This document shows positions 1 to 8,831 of a stretch of 47,344 nucleotides of DNA, piece after piece. The stretch lies in the NCBI GenBank assembly GCA_002898895.1, contig BEHS01000003.1, forward strand, positions 1 through 47,344. Direction: 5' to 3'. Positions within the stretch are counted from its first letter, which is position 1. Each line of letters opens with the position of its first letter. Source of the DNA: a bacterium HR16 (GTDB lineage: Bacteria; Armatimonadota; HRBIN16). Made by a program: the position numbers and the translations under genes. Under the pieces are notes generated by a model, which worked only from the letters and a program-made list of their open reading frames with translations, was not told where the DNA came from and did not search any database.

Positions 1-1
1 C

Positions 2-244
2 CAGCGCGTTGAACGCCCCAACGGGGATCGGGGTATTCGCCAGCGCGGTATGCCCGCGTCCGCCCAGCACCAGCTCCGCCCAGTGTATCCACAGGTCTAC
101 CAGTGTCACGCAGATGATACCGATAATCCAGGCGCGCGCGGTGAGCGCACGCCCCGTCGTGGTCGCTGCAGCAACAGGCTCCTGTACACGCGCTTGCGCT
201 ACGCTGGGCGAGTAGGGTACCGTCCATTTGCGCCACGAGAGCAT
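2..244 (-). CDS. Partial membrane protein, DUF6785-like (5' end only; runs off the window)
   Basis: Not in the ORF track. ATG at 244 reads MLSWRKW...GRALTARAWIIGIICVTLVDLWIHWAELVLGG...TPIPVGAFNAL, open to the edge. Hydrophobic N-terminus resembles DUF6785 proteins. Confidence 0.6.
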   Translation of the reverse strand, partial: MLSWRKWTVPYSPSVAQARVQEPVAAATTTGRALTARAWIIGIICVTLVDLWIHWAELVLGGRGHTALANTPIPVGAFNAL

Positions 245-315
245 AGAGCGACCCCTGGTTCGCCAGATTTCTTAACCGTTTAATTGCCCTTTCTGAGCGA
301 AATCTCCTTCTGCCT

Positions 316-342
316 TAGCAACGGTGCATCCCCTTCCGATAA
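316..342 (+). promoter_or_regulatory. Possible sigma-28 (FliA) promoter
   Basis: TAGC-N15-TCCGATAA versus consensus TAAA-N15-GCCGATAA, upstream of a DUF342/FapA gene. Confidence 0.35.
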
Positions 343-443
343 TAAAAGCGGACAGCGTTCCTCGCGTCGAGTGGTTTCGCAGAATAACTCCTCTGGCGCT
401 GTGCCGACGACTTTTCTCTGGAACCGGAATAGGGAGGTCACTC

Positions 444-1814
444 ATGGCACTGAAGCCTTCGTTGCGGGCTTCTGTGGACGGCAGCTTCTGGGTGTTCTTT
501 AACGAAGACAAAACTCAAGCGATACTGCTGGTTGCACCGCCTCAGGGTGACGGCAACCCCGTGCGGGTGGCAGAGGTCGTCCACGCTCTGGAAGAGATGG
601 GGGTTGCTTACGGCATCGACGAGCAGGCTATCCGCGACACGATAGAGCGCGCCTCAAACCTTGCGAGCAAGGTGCAGGCGGTCGTTGCGCAGGGCGTACC
701 ACCTGTTCACGGAACGGATGCAAAAGTGAATTACCGTTTACCGGAGGAGGTGGTGCTGCGTCCGTTGCCCCTGCTGCCCGATGGTAGCATCGACTATCTG
801 CAGCTGGACCCGGCGCGCTACGTTCAGGCGGGACAGCTGATTGCCACCGTTGTACCGGCACAGCATGGGCGCCCGGGACGCACGTTGACCTTTCCTCCGC
901 AAAACGTGCCTCAACGCCCCGGTAGAGATGCTAACTTGCGTGCGGGAGAGAACGTGCTCGCCTCCGACGACAACCTGCAGTTCACCGCGCAGAAGTCAGG
1001 CTATGTACACCTCTCCGGCGACAAGCTGATCTTGCTACCGGCGCAACCGATAACGGGCGACCTGCAGGGAGTGCAGGAGTTTAACGAGTCGCTGGTGCTA
1101 AAAGGCAATCTCCTGCCGGGTGCGCAGGTGCGCGTTCATGGAGACGTGGCAATCAGCGGGCGATGCGAAGAGGCTTCTCTCAACGCCAGAGGCACCTGCT
1201 ACCTGCGCGGCGGAGCGCAGCGTTCGAACATAGCAGCTGACGGGAACATCCTGCTGGGTGCAAGCGTCACGGATTGCACCCTCAGCACCCGCCATCAGGT
1301 GATTGCGTTGAACGCAAACGCGCAGATTGCAGGTGGGCGCATAGTGGCATTTGAGGGCATAGAGGCGTATACTATAGGTACGCCTGCGTGGACGCCCACC
1401 GAAGTGGTAGTGGGGGTAGACACTCTGGGCGATGAACGGCTCTTTGAGATTGCAGAGGAGATACGCCAATGTGAGGATAATATACAGAAAATCAACGCCG
1501 CCCTGCGCCCGTACGTGTCGGTCACCGTAGAGGTCGCTTCCTCCGAAAAGAAAGAGGCTATCCAGCGACTGATGACGCACCGCCGCCGCCTGGAGGCAAA
1601 GCTGAAGGAACTGCAACATGAGAAGCGCGCTATCACCATACAGGTCAATGCACCCACCCGGGCGGAGGTGGTGGTGCGAGGCACGATTTACCCGGGCGTG
1701 AAGGTGACCATCGGCAAGTACAGTTATCTGGTAGAAAGCGATTTACGAGCGGTTCGCTTCTTCGTCGTGCGTGGCGAGGCGCGAGTGCAGATGAGACCAC
1801 TGGACAAACTCTAG
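444..1814 (+). CDS. DUF342 / FapA-family protein (flagellar assembly-associated)
   Basis: GGAGG RBS before ATG 444. VAQGVPPVHGTDAKV, V..GQLIA...PA..G.PG, a beta-helical middle, a coiled coil and C-terminal VRGTIYPGVKVTIG are typical of DUF342. Confidence 0.85.
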   Translation: MALKPSLRASVDGSFWVFFNEDKTQAILLVAPPQGDGNPVRVAEVVHALEEMGVAYGIDEQAIRDTIERASNLASKVQAVVAQGVPPVHGTDAKVNYRLPEEVVLRPLPLLPDGSIDYLQLDPARYVQAGQLIATVVPAQHGRPGRTLTFPPQNVPQRPGRDANLRAGENVLASDDNLQFTAQKSGYVHLSGDKLILLPAQPITGDLQGVQEFNESLVLKGNLLPGAQVRVHGDVAISGRCEEASLNARGTCYLRGGAQRSNIAADGNILLGASVTDCTLSTRHQVIALNANAQIAGGRIVAFEGIEAYTIGTPAWTPTEVVVGVDTLGDERLFEIAEEIRQCEDNIQKINAALRPYVSVTVEVASSEKKEAIQRLMTHRRRLEAKLKELQHEKRAITIQVNAPTRAEVVVRGTIYPGVKVTIGKYSYLVESDLRAVRFFVVRGEARVQMRPLDKL

Positions 1815-1824
1815 GAGAAGAGGC

Positions 1825-2172
1825 ATGAACAACGTGCGTCTGAACCGTTTAGTTCGTACCGAAAGCTCGGAAATCTATCTGATATGGCGCAACAACGAGC
1901 GAGTAGGGCAAGTAGACATCCACTATGCTGCTGGCACCATCTACGCCACCTTGCTACTGGAGGATGATTTCGCCCCGGAGCAGGAAGAGACTCTGGTGGC
2001 AATGATCGACGAGGACATCGTGTCAAGCTATATGCCTCGCTTCGAGCGGGAAGACTTCGTGGTGCACGTCTTCCGCGCCGAGGAGATCGGACGCTATACC
2101 GACCCCGGCATGGACATGGAAGATATCGAAGGCTTCGACTTCGAAGACGAGGACGAGGAGGAAGAGGACTAG
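1825..2172 (+). CDS. Small acidic hypothetical protein (115 aa)
   Basis: RBS GGAGAAGAGG, 10 nt after the DUF342 stop; 33 D/E residues and no Lys. Confidence 0.8.
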   Translation: MNNVRLNRLVRTESSEIYLIWRNNERVGQVDIHYAAGTIYATLLLEDDFAPEQEETLVAMIDEDIVSSYMPRFEREDFVVHVFRAEEIGRYTDPGMDMEDIEGFDFEDEDEEEED

Positions 2173-2693
2173 CCGTCCTCACCCGAAGCAGTAACCTTGC
2201 GGGCACGCTCCACCCATTTGCCCCGTCGATAGCGCAAGAGGAAGTCGCGCACTTTCGCCGCCCGCTGCACCTCACCCAAGGACAGGTAAGTGCGCATCAG
2301 CAGGTAGTGCGCCTCCCCATCCCAGTCAAAACCCCGATTGCCGAAGCGCGAGAAAGGCTCGAGCGCCGCTCGCGCCGCATGCCACAGGTGTTTCTGCACC
2401 GCCGTCCGCCCCAGCTGCTTCAGGCGGTTGTACGATTGGCGTACATGGTATAGCATCATCTGCACCAGCACGAACACCACAATAAAGTTCAGTATCAAAA
2501 AACTCACCTGTCCTATCCTCAACAGCGCCGCCAGAACGGTCATCACCAGCGGCGCCACGAACATCAGGATGGTTATCCACAGTGTGTATCGCCACCATAT
2601 CAGGCGCAGCTCGCGCTGTGCCTGTTCGATAATCGCCTGCTCGGTGGCAGGTTTGCGTTCACCGTCTGCTTTCCGTGCCATAGTTATCCTCAC
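2169..2693 (-). CDS. Hypothetical membrane protein (2 TM plus TPR-like C-terminus)
   Basis: Two hydrophobic helices then EAHYLLMRTYLSLGEVQRA; 4-nt overlap with the permease stop. Confidence 0.7.
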   Translation of the reverse strand: MRITMARKADGERKPATEQAIIEQAQRELRLIWWRYTLWITILMFVAPLVMTVLAALLRIGQVSFLILNFIVVFVLVQMMLYHVRQSYNRLKQLGRTAVQKHLWHAARAALEPFSRFGNRGFDWDGEAHYLLMRTYLSLGEVQRAAKVRDFLLRYRRGKWVERARKVTASGEDG

Positions 2694-3700
2694 ACCAGTC
2701 TTTCACGCCTGAGCAGAGCGATAAAGAACGGCGCGCCCAGTAGAGCAGTGATCACCCCTACAGGTATCTCCGCCGGGCGTGCAATGCTCCGCGCCAGCGT
2801 ATCCGCCCACACCATCAGCACTGCGCCCAGCACCGCCGCGCTCCAGAACAGCTGCCGATGGTCGGCACCGAACAGCCGTCGCGCGATGTGCGGAACCACC
2901 AGCCCCACGAATCCGATGATACCGCTGACCGACACCGCCGCTGCGGTGCACAACGCCGCCAGCACAATCGCCCACCGCTTCAGCTTCTCTACCTCAAAGC
3001 CCAGGTGCGCCGCGCTCTCTTCGCCCAGCGCGAAGGCGTTCAACCCATAAGCCATCGCGCGTAATCCCACAAAGCCCAGCACCACAAACGGCAGGAGCAA
3101 TCGCACGCGCGTCCACTCGGCATCGGCGAAGCTGCCCATCAGCCAGAACAGCACACGTCCCACATCCGCCCCCGCCAGCGTGAGCATCAGCGTCACCACC
3201 GACCACATGAACGAACCCACCACAATCCCTGCCAGCAGGAACACCGATACGCGCAACACCCCCTCCCGCCGTGCTACCATCAGCACCAGCGCTGTGGCAG
3301 CAATCGCGCACACAAAAGCGGCCAGCGGCACGCCGAAACCGTGCCATCTCGCCTCCCATCCTGCCAGCACCGCCGCCGACGCACCCATCGCCGCACCGGA
3401 GGAGACGCCAATCGTGTAGGGGTCGGCGAGGTCGTTGCGCAGTAAGCCCTGCAGAATCACGCCCGCCACGCTGAGCAACACGCCCACCATCGCCGCCATC
3501 GTCATGCGGGGCAGGCGTAACTGCCACACTATCACACTCACACTATCACTGGAGGAACTGCCTTCCCGCAGGATACGCCATACCTGCTGAGGCAGCAAAA
3601 TCTCACTGCCGAGGCATAGCGCCGCTACTGCCGTCATTACCGCGAGCACAATCAGTAACACGCCGACCGCCCCGTAACGCCTGCGCGAACCCGATGGCAT
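2690..3700 (-). CDS. FecCD/BtuC-family ABC transporter permease
   Basis: LRLPR, LQGLLRNDLADPYTIGVSSGA, LGEESAAHLG, GIIGFVGLVVPHIAR, EIPVGVITALLGAPFF. Confidence 0.95.
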   Translation of the reverse strand: MPSGSRRRYGAVGVLLIVLAVMTAVAALCLGSEILLPQQVWRILREGSSSSDSVSVIVWQLRLPRMTMAAMVGVLLSVAGVILQGLLRNDLADPYTIGVSSGAAMGASAAVLAGWEARWHGFGVPLAAFVCAIAATALVLMVARREGVLRVSVFLLAGIVVGSFMWSVVTLMLTLAGADVGRVLFWLMGSFADAEWTRVRLLLPFVVLGFVGLRAMAYGLNAFALGEESAAHLGFEVEKLKRWAIVLAALCTAAAVSVSGIIGFVGLVVPHIARRLFGADHRQLFWSAAVLGAVLMVWADTLARSIARPAEIPVGVITALLGAPFFIALLRRERLV

Positions 3701-3704
3701 CGGC

Positions 3705-4535
3705 TCAACCCCTCTGTGCTTTGGAGATGATGGTCTTCAGCAGCTCCAGTCCCCTCAGCAGGCGGGGCGTGGGGCGCACGAACAGGTTGGAGTCCACGCT
3801 GTACACCTGCTTATTTTGCACCGCTTTGAGACGCTTTAGCACGGGGTGCTCGTATAGCGGAGACAGACGGTTTTCGGGTACGGTGGTGATGATGATGTCG
3901 GGGTTGCGCACCAGCAGCGCCTCCGCAGAGAGGGGGTAGTAGTTCGTTCCGCCATCCGCTGCGACGTTGCGCCCACCAGCCAGGCGAATCATATCGTCCA
4001 CAAACAGGTCGCGCCCCGCCACCCACATCGGCAGAGGCTCCACGTTCAGCGTGAACAGCACGCCGGGCTTTGTCGCCGATGCGGAGCGCGAGCGCGCCTC
4101 TCTTTCCGCCTGATGAAACCGCTGCGCCAGGGATTCGGCTTGTCTGTCGTGTCCTGTCGCCGCGCCCAGCAAACGGATGACGCGCGCAACATCCAGCCAC
4201 GTTTTGGGGGCGATTACCAGCAGGGGAAGCTTCAGTCGCTCCAGCGTGGGGATGAAGCGACGGTTGAGCACGCCGTCCGCCACCACCAGGTCCGGGCGCA
4301 GGGCAACTACCGCCTCCACGTTGGTGCGCATGTCGCCCACCTTAGGAAGTCGCTTCGCTTCGGGTGGATAGTCACAGTAGCTGGTAACGCCCACCACCTG
4401 CTTGCCCGCGCCGACTGCAAAGAGCACCTCGGTGGTGCCGGGCGTGAGCGACACGACGCGCCTGGGCGGTGATTTCAGGGTCAACGTTTTGCCACGAAAG
4501 TCAGTGATGCGACGTGGAAATGTTGTTGGCGGCAT
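3705..4535 (-). CDS. BtuF/cobalamin-iron-type ABC substrate-binding protein (no signal peptide visible)
   Basis: PRRVVSLTPGTTEVLFAVGAG, GVTSYCDYPPEA, NVEAVVALRPDLVV, RPTPRL; RBS GAGGAGG before ATG 4535. Confidence 0.9.
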   Translation of the reverse strand: MPPTTFPRRITDFRGKTLTLKSPPRRVVSLTPGTTEVLFAVGAGKQVVGVTSYCDYPPEAKRLPKVGDMRTNVEAVVALRPDLVVADGVLNRRFIPTLERLKLPLLVIAPKTWLDVARVIRLLGAATGHDRQAESLAQRFHQAEREARSRSASATKPGVLFTLNVEPLPMWVAGRDLFVDDMIRLAGGRNVAADGGTNYYPLSAEALLVRNPDIIITTVPENRLSPLYEHPVLKRLKAVQNKQVYSVDSNLFVRPTPRLLRGLELLKTIISKAQRG

Positions 4536-4568
4536 CCTTCCTCCTCTACCATAGAGCAACCGTTAAAC

Positions 4569-4597
4569 ATTATACATGCCTTGTGGGAACTTGTCGA
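4569..4597 (-). promoter_or_regulatory. Sigma-70 promoter of the ABC operon
   Basis: TCGACA-17-TATAAT on the minus strand. Confidence 0.65.
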
Positions 4598-4610
4598 GGC
4601 GCAAAGCACC

Positions 4611-4640
4611 GCAAGGGCGGCTACAGACCGCCCTTGCTTT
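4611..4640. terminator. Hairpin, probable terminator downstream of the regulator-pilin-small protein operon
   Basis: GCAAGGGCGG-ctacaga-CCGCCCTTGC, perfect 10-bp stem; T-tract on the minus strand is weak. Confidence 0.55.
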
Positions 4641-4697
4641 ATGTGAACCCACCGAAGGGAGGGGCATACGATGTTTTGGGCGCTTGCCACCTCCAAT

Positions 4698-4859
4698 CTA
4701 CTGAGTCGGCACGGGTATGCCTCCGGGCGGATTAGGAGCAGGTGGTTTGGCGGTGCGCACACCTTCTGGTGCAGTAGCCCGAAAGTAGAAGAAGATGACC
4801 GCCGCCACGACGACCACAACCACCACGATAGCCACTATCGGGTTGATCTCTTTCTTCAT
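4698..4859 (-). CDS. Small single-TM protein with Pro-rich tail (53 aa)
   Basis: RBS GAGGAGG; MKKEINPIVAIVVVVVVVAAVIFFYFRATAPEG...PPAPNPPGGIPVPTQ. Confidence 0.75.
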   Translation of the reverse strand: MKKEINPIVAIVVVVVVVAAVIFFYFRATAPEGVRTAKPPAPNPPGGIPVPTQ

Positions 4860-4939
4860 CGCATCCTCCTCTGTTGATGACGCGCATTGCTGCGCAGGGT
4901 TGTCGAAGCCTCTCCCCGACAACCCTGCTTTGATGCTTC

Positions 4940-5698
4940 TTACTGCTGCGGACTCATGTCTGCGCTCCACGGATAGTAAATCATCCGGTAGAACAGATAC
5001 TGGCTCTCGCCCGGTCCGCGCTGGCGCGGGGTCTTGGTGATGTCCATCAGGTTCTGCAGGAACTGCTTGGTGTAGTACTTGACGTGCCCGTCCATGTGGA
5101 TGCAGTTCATGCCGTCGTTATGGCGGAAAGCAAGTCGCTGTCCTTCGGGGCCGCCGTCGGGCTGTCCGCTGCCGTACACCCACCAGGCGTTATCTCCCCA
5201 ACCGGAGCCGTCGTTCGCTTTCACTTCATAGAAGGCGATGCGCTCGGCGGGGTATTTAAGCGTCTCCGTGTTCCACGTGCCATCCGGTGAGACCACACAC
5301 TGCACGATACCGTAGACGCTGATGCCGTACGATTTGCCACGGTACTCCAGCCATGGGTCGTAGTTCTGGGTATTATCCCAGTCCAAAGCGGTCGAAGGCA
5401 GTCCATGGCTGGGGCACTTGAAAATGCCTTTGTTCTTCACGTACGGGTAGAGCATACCGTTCCAGCAGTATCCGAAACGGTCGAACGTCCAGAAGGTGTC
5501 TCGCATGGAAGTGTAGTCGTAATCCTGCAGGTACATCATCATGGCGAGACCGATTTGCTTCATGTTGGACAAGCATGACGCCTGTCGTGCCTTCTCCCGA
5601 GCCTGTGCGAAGACCGGGAACAGAATCGCTGCCAGTATCGCGATAATCGCGATAACCACCAGCAGCTCAATGAGCGTAAAACCGCGACGTGATTTCAT
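4940..5698 (-). CDS. Prepilin-type N-methylation / DUF1559 / H-X9-DG protein
   Basis: [40 protein letters not shown] and C-terminal [15 protein letters not shown]; GGAGG RBS before ATG 5698. Confidence 0.93.
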   Translation of the reverse strand: MKSRRGFTLIELLVVIAIIAILAAILFPVFAQAREKARQASCLSNMKQIGLAMMMYLQDYDYTSMRDTFWTFDRFGYCWNGMLYPYVKNKGIFKCPSHGLPSTALDWDNTQNYDPWLEYRGKSYGISVYGIVQCVVSPDGTWNTETLKYPAERIAFYEVKANDGSGWGDNAWWVYGSGQPDGGPEGQRLAFRHNDGMNCIHMDGHVKYYTKQFLQNLMDITKTPRQRGPGESQYLFYRMIYYPWSADMSPQQ

Positions 5699-5720
5699 CG
5701 TGAGACCCTCCATATGGTTT

Positions 5721-6833
5721 TCAGGTTGTCAATCTGTCTGAGCGCGGCGGTGCGCACGAATCGCGCAGCACCACCTGAGCGGGTATCTCTACCCGCTGTG
5801 GAACCGGTTTGCCCTCCATCATGTCCATCAGCAGGCGCACGCCGGTGCGCGCCATCTGCTCGAGGTCTACACGCACCGACGACAGAGGCGGCTGCATGGT
5901 GGTGCAGAAAGGCTCGTCATCGAAACCGATGAGCGAGAGCTCTTCCGGCACCCGTACGTTCATCTCCGTAATCGCGGGATAGGCGAACGCCAGCAGGATG
6001 TCCGACGCTCCCACGATAGCCGTCAGGGGTGGACGTACTTCCAGCAGCCGCTTCAACGCCTCCTGAACCGTTGGGCGAGGCTGACCGTGCTGCATCACCC
6101 AGTTTGCCTCGGGGATGATGCCCGCTTCTTGCAGTGCCTGCATGTAGCCCTCGAAACGCTGGGCGTAGTGAGGCATGTAGTGACCGGTGAAGAAGCCGAT
6201 GCGTCGATGTCCCAACCGAATCAGCTCACGCACCGCCAGATAGGTGCCCTCACGGTTCGCCTGCACCACGCGGGGAACCGGAACCTCGGGCTCGGCATCT
6301 ACCACCACCACCGGGTAACCCCGCCGCTGCATCCACAGCAGACCTTCATCGTGCAGGGGACCGAACACCAGTGCGGCGTCGAAACGGTGATGTCGTTCCC
6401 ATTCCTGCAGGTAGCTGGCGGACGCGCTTTTGTCGGGGAAATGGAGTAGCAGGCTCCCCCACAGATGCCGGGCGCACTCCTCTGCAGCAGCGTGCAACAT
6501 GCGCATCTCGCCCACCGAGTAGGAGGGACGCGCGCCCGGTATCTGCCAGGTGTAGATGAGGGCAACCAGGTGCTGTTGCACCGGCTGTTTCGGACGACTG
6601 GCGGCGATGACAGTTCCCCGTCGAGTCCGTTCCACCACCCCTCTCTGCGCCAGCAGGGTCAACGCACGCTCGGCGGTCTGGTAGCTGATACCGTAGTGTC
6701 GGGCGATGGCGCGAGCAGACCAGAGCGGGGTGCCCGGCGTTAACTGCCCCGAGCTGACCGCTGCCTCCACTTGCTCTACAATTTGCACGTAGAGCGGTGT
6801 GCGCAGATGCGGGTTCAGATGTAACGGTATCAT
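5721..6833 (-). CDS. GntR-HTH plus LacI-type sugar-binding domain regulator (AraR-like architecture)
   Basis: [11 protein letters not shown]...[21 protein letters not shown]...G (GntR); [28 protein letters not shown] (LacI sensor). Confidence 0.92.
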   Translation of the reverse strand: MIPLHLNPHLRTPLYVQIVEQVEAAVSSGQLTPGTPLWSARAIARHYGISYQTAERALTLLAQRGVVERTRRGTVIAASRPKQPVQQHLVALIYTWQIPGARPSYSVGEMRMLHAAAEECARHLWGSLLLHFPDKSASASYLQEWERHHRFDAALVFGPLHDEGLLWMQRRGYPVVVVDAEPEVPVPRVVQANREGTYLAVRELIRLGHRRIGFFTGHYMPHYAQRFEGYMQALQEAGIIPEANWVMQHGQPRPTVQEALKRLLEVRPPLTAIVGASDILLAFAYPAITEMNVRVPEELSLIGFDDEPFCTTMQPPLSSVRVDLEQMARTGVRLLMDMMEGKPVPQRVEIPAQVVLRDSCAPPRSDRLTT

Positions 6834-6848
6834 CTTTTCCCAGTCCTT

Positions 6849-6865
6849 TGCTATGACTGCTATGA
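6849..6865. promoter_or_regulatory. Tandem TGCTATGA direct repeats, candidate operator
   Basis: Copies at 6849-6856 and 6858-6865, between the regulator promoter and its start codon. Confidence 0.5.
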
Positions 6866-6881
6866 TTACTTCATTGCTTAT

Positions 6882-6910
6882 ACTCTACACTATGTTAAGC
6901 CGTTTGTCAA
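6882..6910 (-). promoter_or_regulatory. Sigma-70 promoter of the regulator
   Basis: TTGACA-17-TAGAGT on the minus strand. Confidence 0.6.
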
Positions 6911-7167
6911 GGGGTTTTCCCCCTTTTTTGTGCTGGGTTTTGGGAAAAAGCAAAAGATAGAGGTCATCGCGTTTTATTGAGCAGATTTATGGCATGATAT
7001 ACCTGTTTATAGTCGTTAAATTGTGAGTAATACACATCCTTTTCGACTCGGCGCGATGTGGCATCTTCTCTCCTCTTCGCACACTCTCTAATCACGAGAG
7101 GAATTTAACTGATGTGTGCTATGATTTTCACGATGAACTTATGCTATGTGCTATGATGGAAGAACCC

Positions 7168-7656
7168 TGTAGCTGCAGGCTAATGAACTTTGAAAAAGTA
7201 ACTAAAGCGATGTTGTGCTACTGGTCTGCCAGGGTTCCTTCCCGGGGAGGGCGAGGCTCCGTCCGAGCGGTTAGCCCCCCTGTAGTCCCCCCGCAAGCAG
7301 GGGGACACAATACTCCTCCCCGCGTGCGGGGAGGTGGGGTGGGGCGAATCGGCTCACCCGGAGGTTCGCCCTCCAGGTATGGCAATGCAGCAATCCCTCT
7401 GGAGGGCGAGGCTCCGTCCGAGCCGTCCTTTCCGGTCACGACGGAGCGCGCCCCCCGCCGAAGCCAGCCTGCGTAAGGGAAGCGCAACCTGAAGGTTGCA
7501 GCTACAACCCTGCGAAGGCAGGGTCTGGTTTGAAAGGGTGCGGCTTTAGCCGCAAACCCGTGCCCAGCATTCCCTTGCCCGCACAGGGGGAGGAGCAGGA
7601 AGTGCTCGTCGCATAGATGCGACTATTTTTTCAAAGTTCATCAGGTTGCGGCTATA
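7168..7656. mobile_element. MITE-like non-coding element with terminal inverted repeats, packed with REP-like palindromes
   Basis: Terminal IRs 7168-7200 and 7624-7656 match at 27/33 positions (core ATGAACTTTGAAAAA exact). The interior has GGAGGGCGAGGCTCC-type units and several perfect hairpins. Confidence 0.6.
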
Positions 7657-7696
7657 TTCTCTCACAGAATTTTTCCTCCGCACGAGCCTCGAACGA

Positions 7697-7725
7697 TTGA
7701 CAGGTTTGTCATAGCAACATATAAT
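7697..7725 (+). promoter_or_regulatory. Consensus sigma-70 promoter of the second pilin-like gene, with candidate operator in the spacer
   Basis: Perfect TTGACA-17-TATAAT; TCATAGCA (reverse complement of TGCTATGA) at 7709-7716. Confidence 0.8.
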
Positions 7726-7787
7726 AGGAAGTACAGTTATGCCCTTAATCTACCGGGCAAAATCACCAGTGGGAGGTGTGCACAGTC

Positions 7788-8744
7788 ATGAAGCGTGGCT
7801 TTACGCTCATTGAGCTGCTGGTGGTCATCGCGATTATCGCGATACTGGCAGCCATCCTCTTCCCCGTGTTCGCCCAGGCGCGCGAGAAGGCGCGGCAGGC
7901 ATCCTGCCTGAGCAACTTCAAGCAGGTGGGCACCGGCGTGATGATGTACACACAGGACTACGACGAGTGCTTCCCCTACAACCGATTCATCGGTCCCGGA
8001 GGCGCCACGTGGTCCAACTGGAAGTACACTGTGTTACCCTACATCAAGAACCTGCAGGTGTACGAATGTCCCAACGCACGCCCGCAGATTGCACGGCTGA
8101 TGGGAGATAACGAACGCCCGTGGCGTGGCTCCAAGATGGACGAAACGTGGGCGCACTGCAATCCGGAATCGCCGTGGTACAAGAACGACCCGCTGTGCAG
8201 CATCCCGCAAAGCCAGAACCTGTGGTTTCCGCGTGGTTACACGGTGAACGGAGCGGTATTCAACCTCTCTGCATGGTTGAACGCGGACGGCACCAGTGGC
8301 GCAACACCCCCACGCAAGCTTGCCGACCTCGATATGCCGGCGGAGACCATCTGGCTGCAGGATGGGCGCAACTATGAGCCGGACACCGGACCATGGGCGC
8401 TGGTGCGCTGCTGGTGCGCTCCTCCGGGTGACCCTCTGGGTGGCGACGTGCCCACTCCTGAATCACCCTGCGGGTATGTGCGCCAGTACGGCTGGCTCAT
8501 CAACCACCTCAAGGGAGCGAACTTCATCTTCGCGGACGGGCACGTGAAGTGGACGCGCATCCAGATGGCTATCGCCAATAACCTGTGGAAGTGGCATTGC
8601 TTCCAGCGCCCGGGCGAGAAGACCTTCCAGCCGCCAGGGGTGCAGGACTTCGACCCGGCTTACTGCGTACGTGTCGGCGCGGTGAGCGATGCCGCATCCT
8701 GCCGCGCTGTAGCATCCATTCTGGTGGCGGCAGAATACAAGTAG
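7788..8744 (+). CDS. Prepilin-type N-methylation / DUF1559 / H-X9-DG protein, Cys-rich
   Basis: [36 protein letters not shown]; [16 protein letters not shown]; GGAGG RBS. Confidence 0.93.
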   Translation: MKRGFTLIELLVVIAIIAILAAILFPVFAQAREKARQASCLSNFKQVGTGVMMYTQDYDECFPYNRFIGPGGATWSNWKYTVLPYIKNLQVYECPNARPQIARLMGDNERPWRGSKMDETWAHCNPESPWYKNDPLCSIPQSQNLWFPRGYTVNGAVFNLSAWLNADGTSGATPPRKLADLDMPAETIWLQDGRNYEPDTGPWALVRCWCAPPGDPLGGDVPTPESPCGYVRQYGWLINHLKGANFIFADGHVKWTRIQMAIANNLWKWHCFQRPGEKTFQPPGVQDFDPAYCVRVGAVSDAASCRAVASILVAAEYK

Positions 8745-8765
8745 TCTGTTGAACCGCATTCTTGG

Positions 8766-8827
8766 GGAGGGCGAGGCTCCTGCCAAGCCGTATGTGGCGT
8801 TTCGGCTCACCGGGAGGTTCGCCCTCC
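8766..8827. repeat. Inverted REP doublet between convergent genes
   Basis: GGAGGGCGAGGCTCCTGCCAAGCCG ... CGGCTCACCGGGAGGTTCGCCCTCC; same family as 7246-7374 and 37381-37405. Confidence 0.8.
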
Positions 8828-8831
8828 AGTA

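Noticed and set aside
4536-4700. Cobalamin riboswitch upstream of the BtuF-like gene
   Set aside because: The promoter leaves only a ~27-nt leader, and no B12-box is recognisable.
7200-7620. CRISPR array, or short ORFs 7114-7476 and 7218-7487
   Set aside because: Units are inverted, heterogeneous and irregularly spaced, with no cas genes. The ORFs are Pro/Gly/Arg-rich translations of REP DNA.
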